Assembly: GCA_965644495.1 (NCBI GenBank)
Contig: CBFFSA010000001.1
Coordinates: 3,596,001-3,660,000, forward strand
Reading direction: 5' to 3'
Length of the DNA stretch: 64,000 nucleotides
Source of the DNA: Perkinsela sp. CCAP 1560/9
Taxonomy: Eukaryota > Protista > Euglenozoa: Kinetoplastea
Shown: positions 55,482-64,000 of the stretch, one piece after another
How positions within the stretch are numbered: position 1 is the first letter of the stretch
Layout: every line of letters starts with the position of its first letter
Notes under the pieces: generated by a model
Databases searched by the model: none
Seen by the model: only the letters and a program-made list of their open reading frames with translations
Told to the model about the DNA's origin: nothing
Position numbers and translations under genes: made by a program

Positions 55482-57509
55482 TTGTTTGTCGAATTATTCG
55501 GACTTACATTTTTAATGGGAAACTCGGCGTGTGCCTCTAGAATGGGTATCAACTATCTCCTAGTGTTAATCTTCCAGGGTTGCTTGACTCCAATTTGCTA
55601 CACTTCTGAAAACAGCGATAATGGCTTTGTCAAGAAAGTTGAAATGACAGCGAAAGCTCAAGGGGTGAAATTTGGCTCGGTCAGCTCACGAAGGCCTGCT
55701 GGCGCAACTTCTTCTCTTGACCTCTTACAAGCTGATAGGCAAAATCAGTTGCAGGATCCAGTTGCAGTATCCGCTTCCGCACTTATTTCCATGAGAAGTA
55801 ACTCCCGCACCGAACTTCCGCCTCCAACAGTGATGGGAACTCTCATACAGTACATTAAAAACCCTCACGCAAGTTGGCTCAGTGCTCAAAGTCCCTGTCA
55901 TGCTTACGGAGTTTCTTGTGACAAGGAGCATAACGTCATAGAGATTTCTTGGTCAAGTCTTAAACTTCACGGTAATCTGACGCTCAGCGCTTTACCGCGT
56001 ACGCTACACCGTCTGAGTGTGTCTCAAAACCGTTTACGTGGCTCGTTGCAGCTTTCCACTCTACCTCCGAAATTGCGGTCTTTAGATTTGAGTAATAATA
56101 TATTTTCTGGAAACGTAGCAATTGATGACACAGATGAAAACGAAAGTAGCGAGGATAGCCAAGAGACGGGAGACGCTTTAATGTGGCTTCCCCATGGTCT
56201 ACGTGTTTTAGATTTAAGCCATAACGAATTCATTGGGCATTTTTCATTCTCCGCGCTTGCATCAGTGGGAATTCTGTTTCTAGATATTAGTCACAACAAG
56301 TTTGAGGGGGTTGCGGAATTGGCTCAACTCTGGAAGGATATGTATTACCTGCGGATTAGTCATAACTCCTTTTCCTCTTTACGTCTCGGAAACATTCCAG
56401 CCAGTTTGCACACATTTGAAGCCAGTCATAACCGCATTCAAGGAGCAGTTGACTTTGCAGCTCTCAATCCGAACCTCAGCACACTGGATCTATCGTGCAA
56501 CATGCTCACCGAATCGCTTGATCTTTCAGCTCTTCCGCGTGGGTTGCGAAACCTTTCTCTCAGCAATAACACATTTGTGGGACCTATACTCTTGCAACAT
56601 CTTCCCCCACAGCTACGAATTCTGCAGCTTGACAACAACGCTCTGTGGGGAGCCGTCGATTTCAGTCACTTGCCTTCTACGCTCGATCATTTGGACTTGT
56701 CGAACAATAAGTTGGACGGAAAGCTTTCGTTGACTTCACTTCCTACGCCATTGCTTCGTCTAGACGTTTCACAAAATGCTTTTTCAGGTGGCATCGACTT
56801 ACGTGACTTGCCGCCTCAGCTACGCGAGTTAGATTTGTCCCGCAATCGCCTTGAAGGGTCGTTGGGGAATTCTCTACGCGAACTTCCTGCCACACTCTCT
56901 GTGTTAAATCTCTCACAAAATGCACTTCACGGTGTTCTCGATGTTTGTGCACTTCCCCTTCATCTCCTGGAATTAGATGTCTCGGGGAACAACTTTGATG
57001 GCGAGATTTCTCTTGGGGCTCTGCCCTCAGCGCTGCGTTTGCTTGACATGAGCGGAAATGCCTTCTTCGGCAAGCTTCGTCTGGAGAATCTACCCCCGCA
57101 CCTGGGGTATTGCTCCTTTACCTCTAACCATTTTTCCGGTCTTGTCACTCTACAGGGGTTGCCTGCTTCTCTCTTTCACCTTGATCTCAGCCACAACAAT
57201 TTTGAAGGAAATCTGGAGGACCTTGCACTCAGCCCCACGCTGGACACTTTGCTACTCGCACACAACGGATTTAATGGAGTGCTAGACTGTCGGATAGTTC
57301 CTCCTTCTCTCACAGTACTTGACCTCTCGCACAATAGTATCGCGGCTGTCAATCACGAGGATGCGCTCTCGCAGGAGATGGAATTTTTAGATCTCAGTGG
57401 GAATCGACTTCAGGGAGAAGCTGATCTAGATCACTTCCCACCACGATTGTTTTTTGACCTTAGCGAAAATCGAGATCTGCGTTGTGTTTCGGAAGTCACT
57501 TCGTATTAG
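55482..57509 (+). CDS. Long LRR protein (about 20 repeats), lineage-expanded family
   Basis: ASW...CHAYGVSC cap, then tandem LPxxLxxLDLSxNxxxG repeats. The true ATG start is uncertain and downstream of 55482. Confidence 0.88.
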   Translation: MFVELFGLTFLMGNSACASRMGINYLLVLIFQGCLTPICYTSENSDNGFVKKVEMTAKAQGVKFGSVSSRRPAGATSSLDLLQADRQNQLQDPVAVSASALISMRSNSRTELPPPTVMGTLIQYIKNPHASWLSAQSPCHAYGVSCDKEHNVIEISWSSLKLHGNLTLSALPRTLHRLSVSQNRLRGSLQLSTLPPKLRSLDLSNNIFSGNVAIDDTDENESSEDSQETGDALMWLPHGLRVLDLSHNEFIGHFSFSALASVGILFLDISHNKFEGVAELAQLWKDMYYLRISHNSFSSLRLGNIPASLHTFEASHNRIQGAVDFAALNPNLSTLDLSCNMLTESLDLSALPRGLRNLSLSNNTFVGPILLQHLPPQLRILQLDNNALWGAVDFSHLPSTLDHLDLSNNKLDGKLSLTSLPTPLLRLDVSQNAFSGGIDLRDLPPQLRELDLSRNRLEGSLGNSLRELPATLSVLNLSQNALHGVLDVCALPLHLLELDVSGNNFDGEISLGALPSALRLLDMSGNAFFGKLRLENLPPHLGYCSFTSNHFSGLVTLQGLPASLFHLDLSHNNFEGNLEDLALSPTLDTLLLAHNGFNGVLDCRIVPPSLTVLDLSHNSIAAVNHEDALSQEMEFLDLSGNRLQGEADLDHFPPRLFFDLSENRDLRCVSEVTSY

Positions 57510-58027
57510 TGAGCATAATTTTAGAAAGTGTAGATGAATTTATTTAGAAGATGAAGAATAGAAACTGAAAATAGAATTCAAATTCTAGAGACATAAAATA
57601 CATGTATGTGCATAGGTTAACTATAGTTGGAAACGCTCATGTACAACGTTTAGATCGTAGAGTGACCAATAAATTTTATCTCTTCTTCGTACAAAATTGG
57701 TTTGGGCTAAGGCATGAGTCGCTATTCCATTTCTATACTTGACCCACTAACCCTATTTTTATGGCGCAGAAACGAATTTTCTAGAATGCCGTTTTGTCGC
57801 TTAAAATGTATAAAGTCTTTACCTTCTTCACTAAAGATTTTAAAATTAGTAGATTGTTTGCAGTATGATCTGTATTAAAGTGTTATCAATTTCACCAGTA
57901 GCGAACTGCAAACTCCATTCTTCAGATTATTACGTGGAAATGGTAAAATACTGGAAATTAAGAATTAGGGATTTTTATCCATATTGAATAGAAGTATCAG
58001 ACCTAGAAACTTAGCAATTATTGGTCA

Positions 58028-59092
58028 ATGGAAGAAGAGTATGAAGTTCAGATTAACGCGGAAGACGTTGAAGATAATAAAAAAGATTGCAAAAGTGAAA
58101 AAGGGGATCTTTCTTCCGAGGAAGAAGATGCTTTGCGTTCTCTGCTTAAAGAGGCTATTAATGACGACCGCATAAACATTGATATTCCTCCAATGCGCCT
58201 ATTTTATTTTCATGTTCTTTCAAAAAGTCTGACACAACTTGACTGCACGGATGTTATATCACTCTCCGTGCGACGCAATTTACTTCACCAACTTAGCCCG
58301 TTTCCTTTTAACATTAAAAGAACGCTTACCGAACTTGACCTCTTTGATAACAAATTGTTGCACTTGGGGCACATAAATCACATGCCTCATTTGCAAAAAC
58401 TAGACTTGAGTTACAATCAGATTACGTCGATTCCCTCGGATGCTCTTCAGGATCTGCCTTCACTTCAAGAACTCTATCTCATCGAGAATCAAATTTCTAA
58501 CACAGAAGGCTTAGTTCATCTTTCCCGTCTGCGTCTGCTTGAGCTTGGTGGAAATCGTCTTCGTCACATTCCACACGAAATCAGCTCGCTGCATGATCTT
58601 GAAGAACTGCATCTTGGAAAAAATAAAATACACACGATTGAAGGCTTGGAGGATGCAACACGTCTGCGCGTGTTGTCGCTTCCAGCTAATCGGATCAAAC
58701 ATGTTGGTGAGGGATTGCGACAAAATCTCTCCCTACGAGAGATTTATCTTTCGGAAAATTGTATCGCACACATTGAGGGCTGTGATCACCTTCCTTTTCT
58801 AAGGCTCGTAGACTACTCACGGAATCCTATAGAATCCTTGAACGGAGTAGAAGGCCTATCGAGGGACACGATGGAGGAATTCTGGCTCAGTGAAGGCAAA
58901 CTTGAGCTGTGGGACGAACTTCGAAAGTTATCTTCTCACGAGAAACTCCACACAGTGTACTTTCTGGGAAATCCGTTAGAACGAAATGACGTTCGATACC
59001 GTGCTAAAGTGACGCATTTGCTTCCCCAGCTTCGGTTTGTGGACTCTTGGCCTATTGCTTCTCGGGCCACAGGGGGTTCTGTGTATAAATAG
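58028..59092 (+). CDS. SDS22: Protein phosphatase 1 regulatory subunit 7 (Sds22-type LRR)
   Basis: 22-aa LRRs (LELGGNRLR, LHLGKNKI, LYLIENQI) and an LRRcap GNPL...YRAKV...LPQLRFVD. Confidence 0.82.
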   Translation: MEEEYEVQINAEDVEDNKKDCKSEKGDLSSEEEDALRSLLKEAINDDRINIDIPPMRLFYFHVLSKSLTQLDCTDVISLSVRRNLLHQLSPFPFNIKRTLTELDLFDNKLLHLGHINHMPHLQKLDLSYNQITSIPSDALQDLPSLQELYLIENQISNTEGLVHLSRLRLLELGGNRLRHIPHEISSLHDLEELHLGKNKIHTIEGLEDATRLRVLSLPANRIKHVGEGLRQNLSLREIYLSENCIAHIEGCDHLPFLRLVDYSRNPIESLNGVEGLSRDTMEEFWLSEGKLELWDELRKLSSHEKLHTVYFLGNPLERNDVRYRAKVTHLLPQLRFVDSWPIASRATGGSVYK

Positions 59093-59388
59093 ATGACTTT
59101 ACAACCTTGGATAAATTGCACTCCTTGGGCTCATGGATGTCTTCATGTTTTTTGTCCTCGTAGTGTACATACATACCCACATACTGTATCTGTTTTTCGA
59201 TCTCAAATGATGCATTTTTTCTCTTTCTTAATTTTCTTCATCTAATGAGTCGATAGGGAAAAGAGAATACAGAAAAGAAGGAGATCACATTTCTTTAGTT
59301 ACCTGTAAAATGCAAAGCGGTGTGTAAAGAATTTCTGAAAGATTACTTGTGTAATAATTTACGATAGATTTGTTTACATTGGGATTAT

Positions 59389-59820
59389 ATGGATCGTCTT
59401 TATGACATTCAAGATAGCACGAAAATGGGATTTGCGTTTCTTGTTTGCGGTGCAGCGTTCACTTTCTTGGGTATTGTGCTTTTCTTTGATGGTACACTGA
59501 TGACAATGGGAAGCTTGATTTCACTTGTAGGCATCGTACTCGTCATCGGGACGCGTAGGTTTCTTTCTTATTTTAGTGATCATACCAAGTGGCGGGGAGG
59601 GGGGCTCTATCTTTTTGGTGTGTTTTGTGTACTTCGGGGTCACGCCTTTGTTGGTGTTTTGCTGCAGTGGTTCGGGGTACTCAATCTTTTTGGAAATCTT
59701 TTTCCTTTTTTGTTTACCGTGCTTCAAGGAGTACCTTATGTAAGCACAGTTTTGCGCCAACCTACAGTCGAGGAATATATTGGCCATAGGCTATGTGGAG
59801 TACGTCGCAGTAATGTGTAG
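59389..59820 (+). CDS. GOT1: Got1/GOLT1 vesicle transport membrane protein
   Basis: DSTKMG...FTFLGIVLFFD..LMTMG, four hydrophobic helices, LFGNLFP and VPY. Confidence 0.88.
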   Translation: MDRLYDIQDSTKMGFAFLVCGAAFTFLGIVLFFDGTLMTMGSLISLVGIVLVIGTRRFLSYFSDHTKWRGGGLYLFGVFCVLRGHAFVGVLLQWFGVLNLFGNLFPFLFTVLQGVPYVSTVLRQPTVEEYIGHRLCGVRRSNV

Positions 59821-60326
59821 CTTGGTGTCATTTCGTTGTCATGATTATTCATTTCACACTGCACTTTTGGCTTCTTTTGACTACTACCTGTAGCGTTCGG
59901 TAACGCATGTCTATGACTGGACAAACCGTTGATTGTTGTGATCTCATAGTTATTCCTTGTTATCCCTGCATGACGTGTGTCTTGCCCCAATGAGAAAAAA
60001 GGAGACGTCCGTTGGAGTGTCCAAAATTTGTCAGCTGAACACACCAAAGTATTGTTTGATTCTCCCGGAAATTCAAATCCACACGTGATCCTTGAATCCC
60101 CTCGCACCTTAAGTGCTCTTTAATGTGCTTCTCGAAGCAGATCCCCGTAGCTAGCTTGCGAAAGATGTGCTTTTTACTTTTTCGTTACAACGTAAATAAC
60201 ACGTACCTTTGAAGAAGTGTGTCCCAACTCGAGTACACGATAATGTAAGAAATTCTTTGTTAGCATTATTTGAAATAAGTGTCTACCTTTAGTTACATTT
60301 CTTTGTTTTCTTTATTTTCTGCGGTC

Positions 60327-63300
60327 ATGTGGCGTATCTCAACTCGGCGTATTCTTTCGACAGACCCCCTCACCGTTCTCATGCGATGGTGTGGATCTTC
60401 TACAACAACGGAAACGCTGACTGGCCCACTTACAGCGAAAATAAGCAAATCTTCACGAAGTACATTACCAGCGCTTTCAATTGATGAAGTAGCCAAAGCG
60501 CTTACCTCACTTCGTCGTGAGCATCAACACACGCTTTCGGCAAAGCAAAAATCCGATACGCGTAAAAAAGCTTTGAAACTCCTTCCTCGGGGCAAGACTG
60601 ACCACTCAGAAGTGACTTCAAAAGCGACATGGATTTGGCTTAACAACGGTGTTTACTTTCACGCTCGTCACGAATCCATCGAACCTTACATAACGTGGGC
60701 TCTTGAGTGTCCCGACAAGATTGATAAAGAACATTTTCCGGCTATCTTAAATTCTCTTTCGCATATTTTCCGTCCCGTACAATCCACAGGTCAGCCTCCT
60801 GTTATCGGAATCTCTGAATCTCTTAAAGAAAAGGCACGTCAGGTATTTGAGGGAGACTTTCTTTCCGTTGCGCTTAAACTCACTCAGTCTGGTCCTATGA
60901 AGGGTGTTGACGCTATTCTTCTTGTCTCGGCTTTCTCGCGCATGAGTGTACTGGAAGACACATTGTACGAAAACCTCGCAAAGTTGCTTCAACCGGAGTT
61001 GCCCAAGCTCAAGTTCGGAGAGCTTGCCAACGTCGCCTCTAGTCTGGCCCGTGTCAGTGTTTTCCCGGAAGAATTCTTTGAAAAAATGCTTCCCCGAGCA
61101 AAAGCTACCGTTGCAGTGGGTAGTCCGAAGGAGATCTCAACTTTGGGAAACGCAATTCTCCGCTCGGGAGCGGAGGACAAGGATTTTTTTAATCTCGCAG
61201 CCGTTGCTATGACTGGACGCGTCCGTCGTTGTAAATCATATGAGCTTGCAGGGCTGATTAACACTTTTGCAAAGGCCGGAGTGGTGCACGAGGAGACGTC
61301 GAGGAGTCTCGTGGAATTTGCATCCATTGTTGGAGTGATACATTTCACACGCACCGAGATTTGTTTTGTTTTGCCCGCTATATTGAAATTACCAGCAAAA
61401 TCTGCAACGCTTTTTGAAGTACTTGCGCCACGTGTGGTCAAAGAATTAATTCCTACATTAAAGGCATCGGAGGTCCAGGCTCTTTTCTGTGCATACGCTA
61501 AAAGCGAGAGTCGAAAAACCGGAGAAGTCATTCGAGCTTTACTATCGAAAATCGAAGAATTCAATGATGAATACGGTTCTCAAGAGGCATTGACACTTTT
61601 AGACGCTTTGACGAGACTTCCTTGGGTACTGTCACGTGCAGAACTTAACTCCTTGTACAAGTCCTTTGAGTTCCGAGCCATGTCTCGTCTCCTTGAGGGT
61701 GGAGTCACCGAAGTTGTTTCTTTTGTTTCTATCTTGTCCCGGGACTCTGAATCATTCGCAATCATGCCAAACATAGTAAAAACGTGTCGTGAGCAGTTAA
61801 AGCAAAATCTCTCATCTATTTCCGTTCAAGAACTTTCTGTTCTTACGAACGCTCTGAGTCGAGATTGCTGTAAATTTCTTCTCAACGAAGAGATATCCGC
61901 CTCTTTGATGGAACAATGTCAACGTTTGCTTCCAGAATGCAAAGCTATTGATATTGCTGCTCTTTTGTCTTTTCTGACCAGCGCTAATGCCCAAGGTGGG
62001 GAAGCCTTTAGTCGAGAGGCACTGAAAGCTGTGTCATCCGCTATTCCCCATATGGGAACTACGGAGCTCTCCACTACGGCAAATAGTATCTCCCGTATTT
62101 CGATACCCGAAGCTTGTGACGTGGAACTGTGGAAGAGAATCGAGGACCACGCATGTAAACTAAAAGGAAAGCTTACGGCTACACAAATTGGTGGTCTCAT
62201 GTCTGCGTTTGTTCGAGTGCAAATCACTCCGAAGCGATTTTTTAGCGAAATAGTAGACCCACTGGTCACGAGACACGCCATGAGTTTAAGTGCACATGAG
62301 CTTTGTGAAATTCTTGGAGCCTACGCAAAACGCAATTTTGAAGAGGATACCGTTTTTGCGTCCTTAGCGGATCGTGTCTGCCAAGTGGCTCCTCAGTGCA
62401 CCACACATGAGCTCTCCACGATACTCCACAGCTTTGCGAAGTTTGGCATTCGGAACGAGACTGTGTTTTACGACTTCCTACCCCACGTACTGCGGCACGC
62501 ACCAAAAATGAAGTCTGCGGAACTCTCTACCGTCATTGTCGCATATGCTCGAATTGGAGTGTGGAATTTACGTGTGTTTACAGCCCTAAGCGAGCGAATG
62601 AAGGAAATCCTTGAGGAGTGCAGCACGCAGGACATTGCCAGCGTTCTCAACGCCTTCGCCAACATGGATATGAAGGACGAGGCGTTCTTTCGGGCATGCG
62701 GCGATCGTGTGGTGCAGCTCTCGACTCAGTGTACTCCACGTGAGATGGTGAGTATTCTCCATGCCTTTCACGAGGTCGATTTCGAACATGATGCACTGTT
62801 GAATGAGTTTCTCACCCGGCTCTCTGCGGAGAACGTGGCACAAAGCCTCTCCATCGGGGACTGCATCTTCATAGCGACCAGCATGCCACGGATTCGTCGC
62901 AACGTGGACGAACGCCTGGCGACTATTTACGACGCCCTCGCACGACGTTTCACCCGAGAGGCCTCACTCCTTCTCCCCACCGCCCTGGCCAGTATCCTCC
63001 ACGCATTCTACCGCAAACGGATCACCGTCCCCTCCGCCGGAGCCATGTTCGAAGCCCTCACCCTCCGTGCCGCCGCGGACGTCGAGAACTACCAAATCCG
63101 CAACCTTGCCATTCTCCTCGGGGCCGTCACCAAAAGCGAGAACGCGTCTCACGTCCCCCTTGCGGCCTTTGTCCCTCGTCTGCTCCAACTCATCCCCCAG
63201 TGCAACGCGCATAACCTTATGACCGTCTCCACCGCGTTCGCGTCGGAATCCGAATCCCTCATCCGTTCCCGAGCCGATACCCCAGACCACAGGGAGGAGA

Positions 63301-64000
63301 ATCCGCATCGTTGCTCTCCTGGAACGGCCACAAATGAAGGCGAGGGGTGGGGAGAAGGAGATGGAGGAGCTGGTGGTGTTGGCGTAGAGAGCCACGAGGA
63401 CGTCCCCTCCCCCCTCGACCCCGAGTCCTCCGAACAGGTCCTCGACGCCCTCCTGGCCCGCACCCTCCACCTCCTCCCCTCCCTACGCTCCTACGAGCTC
63501 GCCTGGACCCTACGCAACCTCACCCTGCTCTCCGCCGCCTCCGGGTCCCTCGAGACCGACCGCGACACGCTGCTCCGGGTCCTCGACAAGGTCAAGGCGC
63601 TCCACCCCCACCTCGGGGGCCGGGACTGCGGGAATCTGCTGCGGGTGTGCGCGCTGCTCGGGGTGGACCCCGGGGAGGAGGTGGTGGAGCTGGTGGTGGG
63701 GCGCGCGGTGGTGACCCTGACCCAGACCCCGCCGCGGGGGGTCGCGGAGACCCTGGACGCGCTGCGGGTGATGGGGAAGGTGGTGCCGGAGTACTTGGGG
63801 CGGGTGGTGGGGGAGTACCGGCGCACGAGGGGGTTTGAGGGGCAGAGGGGGGAGGTGAGGAGGGTGGTGGAGGAGGCGCTGGGGTATTTTGGGGTGGACT
63901 TGGGGGTGGGGGGGAAGGGGGGGGAAAAGGGAGAAGGGGAAAAGGGAGAGGAGGAAAAGGGAGAGAAAAGGGGGGGGGAGGGGATAGGGGGAGGAGGGGG
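60327..64000 (+). CDS. Large mitochondrial-type helical repeat protein with 37-aa (HPR/RESC6-like) repeats, 3' end beyond the window
   Basis: ATG 60327 (MWRISTRRILS). The frame is open in all segments I translated and at the window end, and no stop-terminated ORF in this frame is in the track. Tandem 37-mers include CTTHELSTILHSFAKFGIRNETVFYDFLPHVLRHAPK and MKSAELSTVIVAYARIGVWNLRVFTALSERMKEILEE. Confidence 0.85.
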   Translation, partial: MWRISTRRILSTDPLTVLMRWCGSSTTTETLTGPLTAKISKSSRSTLPALSIDEVAKALTSLRREHQHTLSAKQKSDTRKKALKLLPRGKTDHSEVTSKATWIWLNNGVYFHARHESIEPYITWALECPDKIDKEHFPAILNSLSHIFRPVQSTGQPPVIGISESLKEKARQVFEGDFLSVALKLTQSGPMKGVDAILLVSAFSRMSVLEDTLYENLAKLLQPELPKLKFGELANVASSLARVSVFPEEFFEKMLPRAKATVAVGSPKEISTLGNAILRSGAEDKDFFNLAAVAMTGRVRRCKSYELAGLINTFAKAGVVHEETSRSLVEFASIVGVIHFTRTEICFVLPAILKLPAKSATLFEVLAPRVVKELIPTLKASEVQALFCAYAKSESRKTGEVIRALLSKIEEFNDEYGSQEALTLLDALTRLPWVLSRAELNSLYKSFEFRAMSRLLEGGVTEVVSFVSILSRDSESFAIMPNIVKTCREQLKQNLSSISVQELSVLTNALSRDCCKFLLNEEISASLMEQCQRLLPECKAIDIAALLSFLTSANAQGGEAFSREALKAVSSAIPHMGTTELSTTANSISRISIPEACDVELWKRIEDHACKLKGKLTATQIGGLMSAFVRVQITPKRFFSEIVDPLVTRHAMSLSAHELCEILGAYAKRNFEEDTVFASLADRVCQVAPQCTTHELSTILHSFAKFGIRNETVFYDFLPHVLRHAPKMKSAELSTVIVAYARIGVWNLRVFTALSERMKEILEECSTQDIASVLNAFANMDMKDEAFFRACGDRVVQLSTQCTPREMVSILHAFHEVDFEHDALLNEFLTRLSAENVAQSLSIGDCIFIATSMPRIRRNVDERLATIYDALARRFTREASLLLPTALASILHAFYRKRITVPSAGAMFEALTLRAAADVENYQIRNLAILLGAVTKSENASHVPLAAFVPRLLQLIPQCNAHNLMTVSTAFASESESLIRSRADTPDHREENPHRCSPGTATNEGEGWGEGDGGAGGVGVESHEDVPSPLDPESSEQVLDALLARTLHLLPSLRSYELAWTLRNLTLLSAASGSLETDRDTLLRVLDKVKALHPHLGGRDCGNLLRVCALLGVDPGEEVVELVVGRAVVTLTQTPPRGVAETLDALRVMGKVVPEYLGRVVGEYRRTRGFEGQRGEVRRVVEEALGYFGVDLGVGGKGGEKGEGEKGEEEKGEKRGGEGIGGGG

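Overview
Eukaryotic, intron-free DNA with essentially all protein genes co-oriented on the + strand and preceded by pyrimidine tracts. This is the directional gene cluster layout of a kinetoplastid. The glycosomal-type GAPDH, globular-domain-less histone H1 genes, five Tc38/RBP38-family genes and a spliced-leader-like sequence agree with that; the expanded LRR family suggests a Perkinsela-like early-branching lineage (inference). Housekeeping genes include TrpRS, a SET protein, QSOX, SRP54, a GGQ peptidyl-tRNA hydrolase, GAPDH, a U-box/CCCH protein, a polyprenyl diphosphate synthase, Sds22 and Got1. A >1200-aa 37-residue-repeat protein runs off the right edge and is missing from the ORF track. 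Highlights: (1) a 610-bp insertion splits an LRR gene and begins exactly at nt 12 of a 39-nt spliced-leader exon, followed by the GT donor and SL-like stem-loops; (2) GC skew repeatedly and sharply flips from C-rich to G-rich inside coding sequences and reshapes protein composition; (3) decayed TA-flanked Tc1/pogo DNA transposons and MITEs are dense, including a Helentron/DINE-like repeat whose end sits beside other elements' TIRs.
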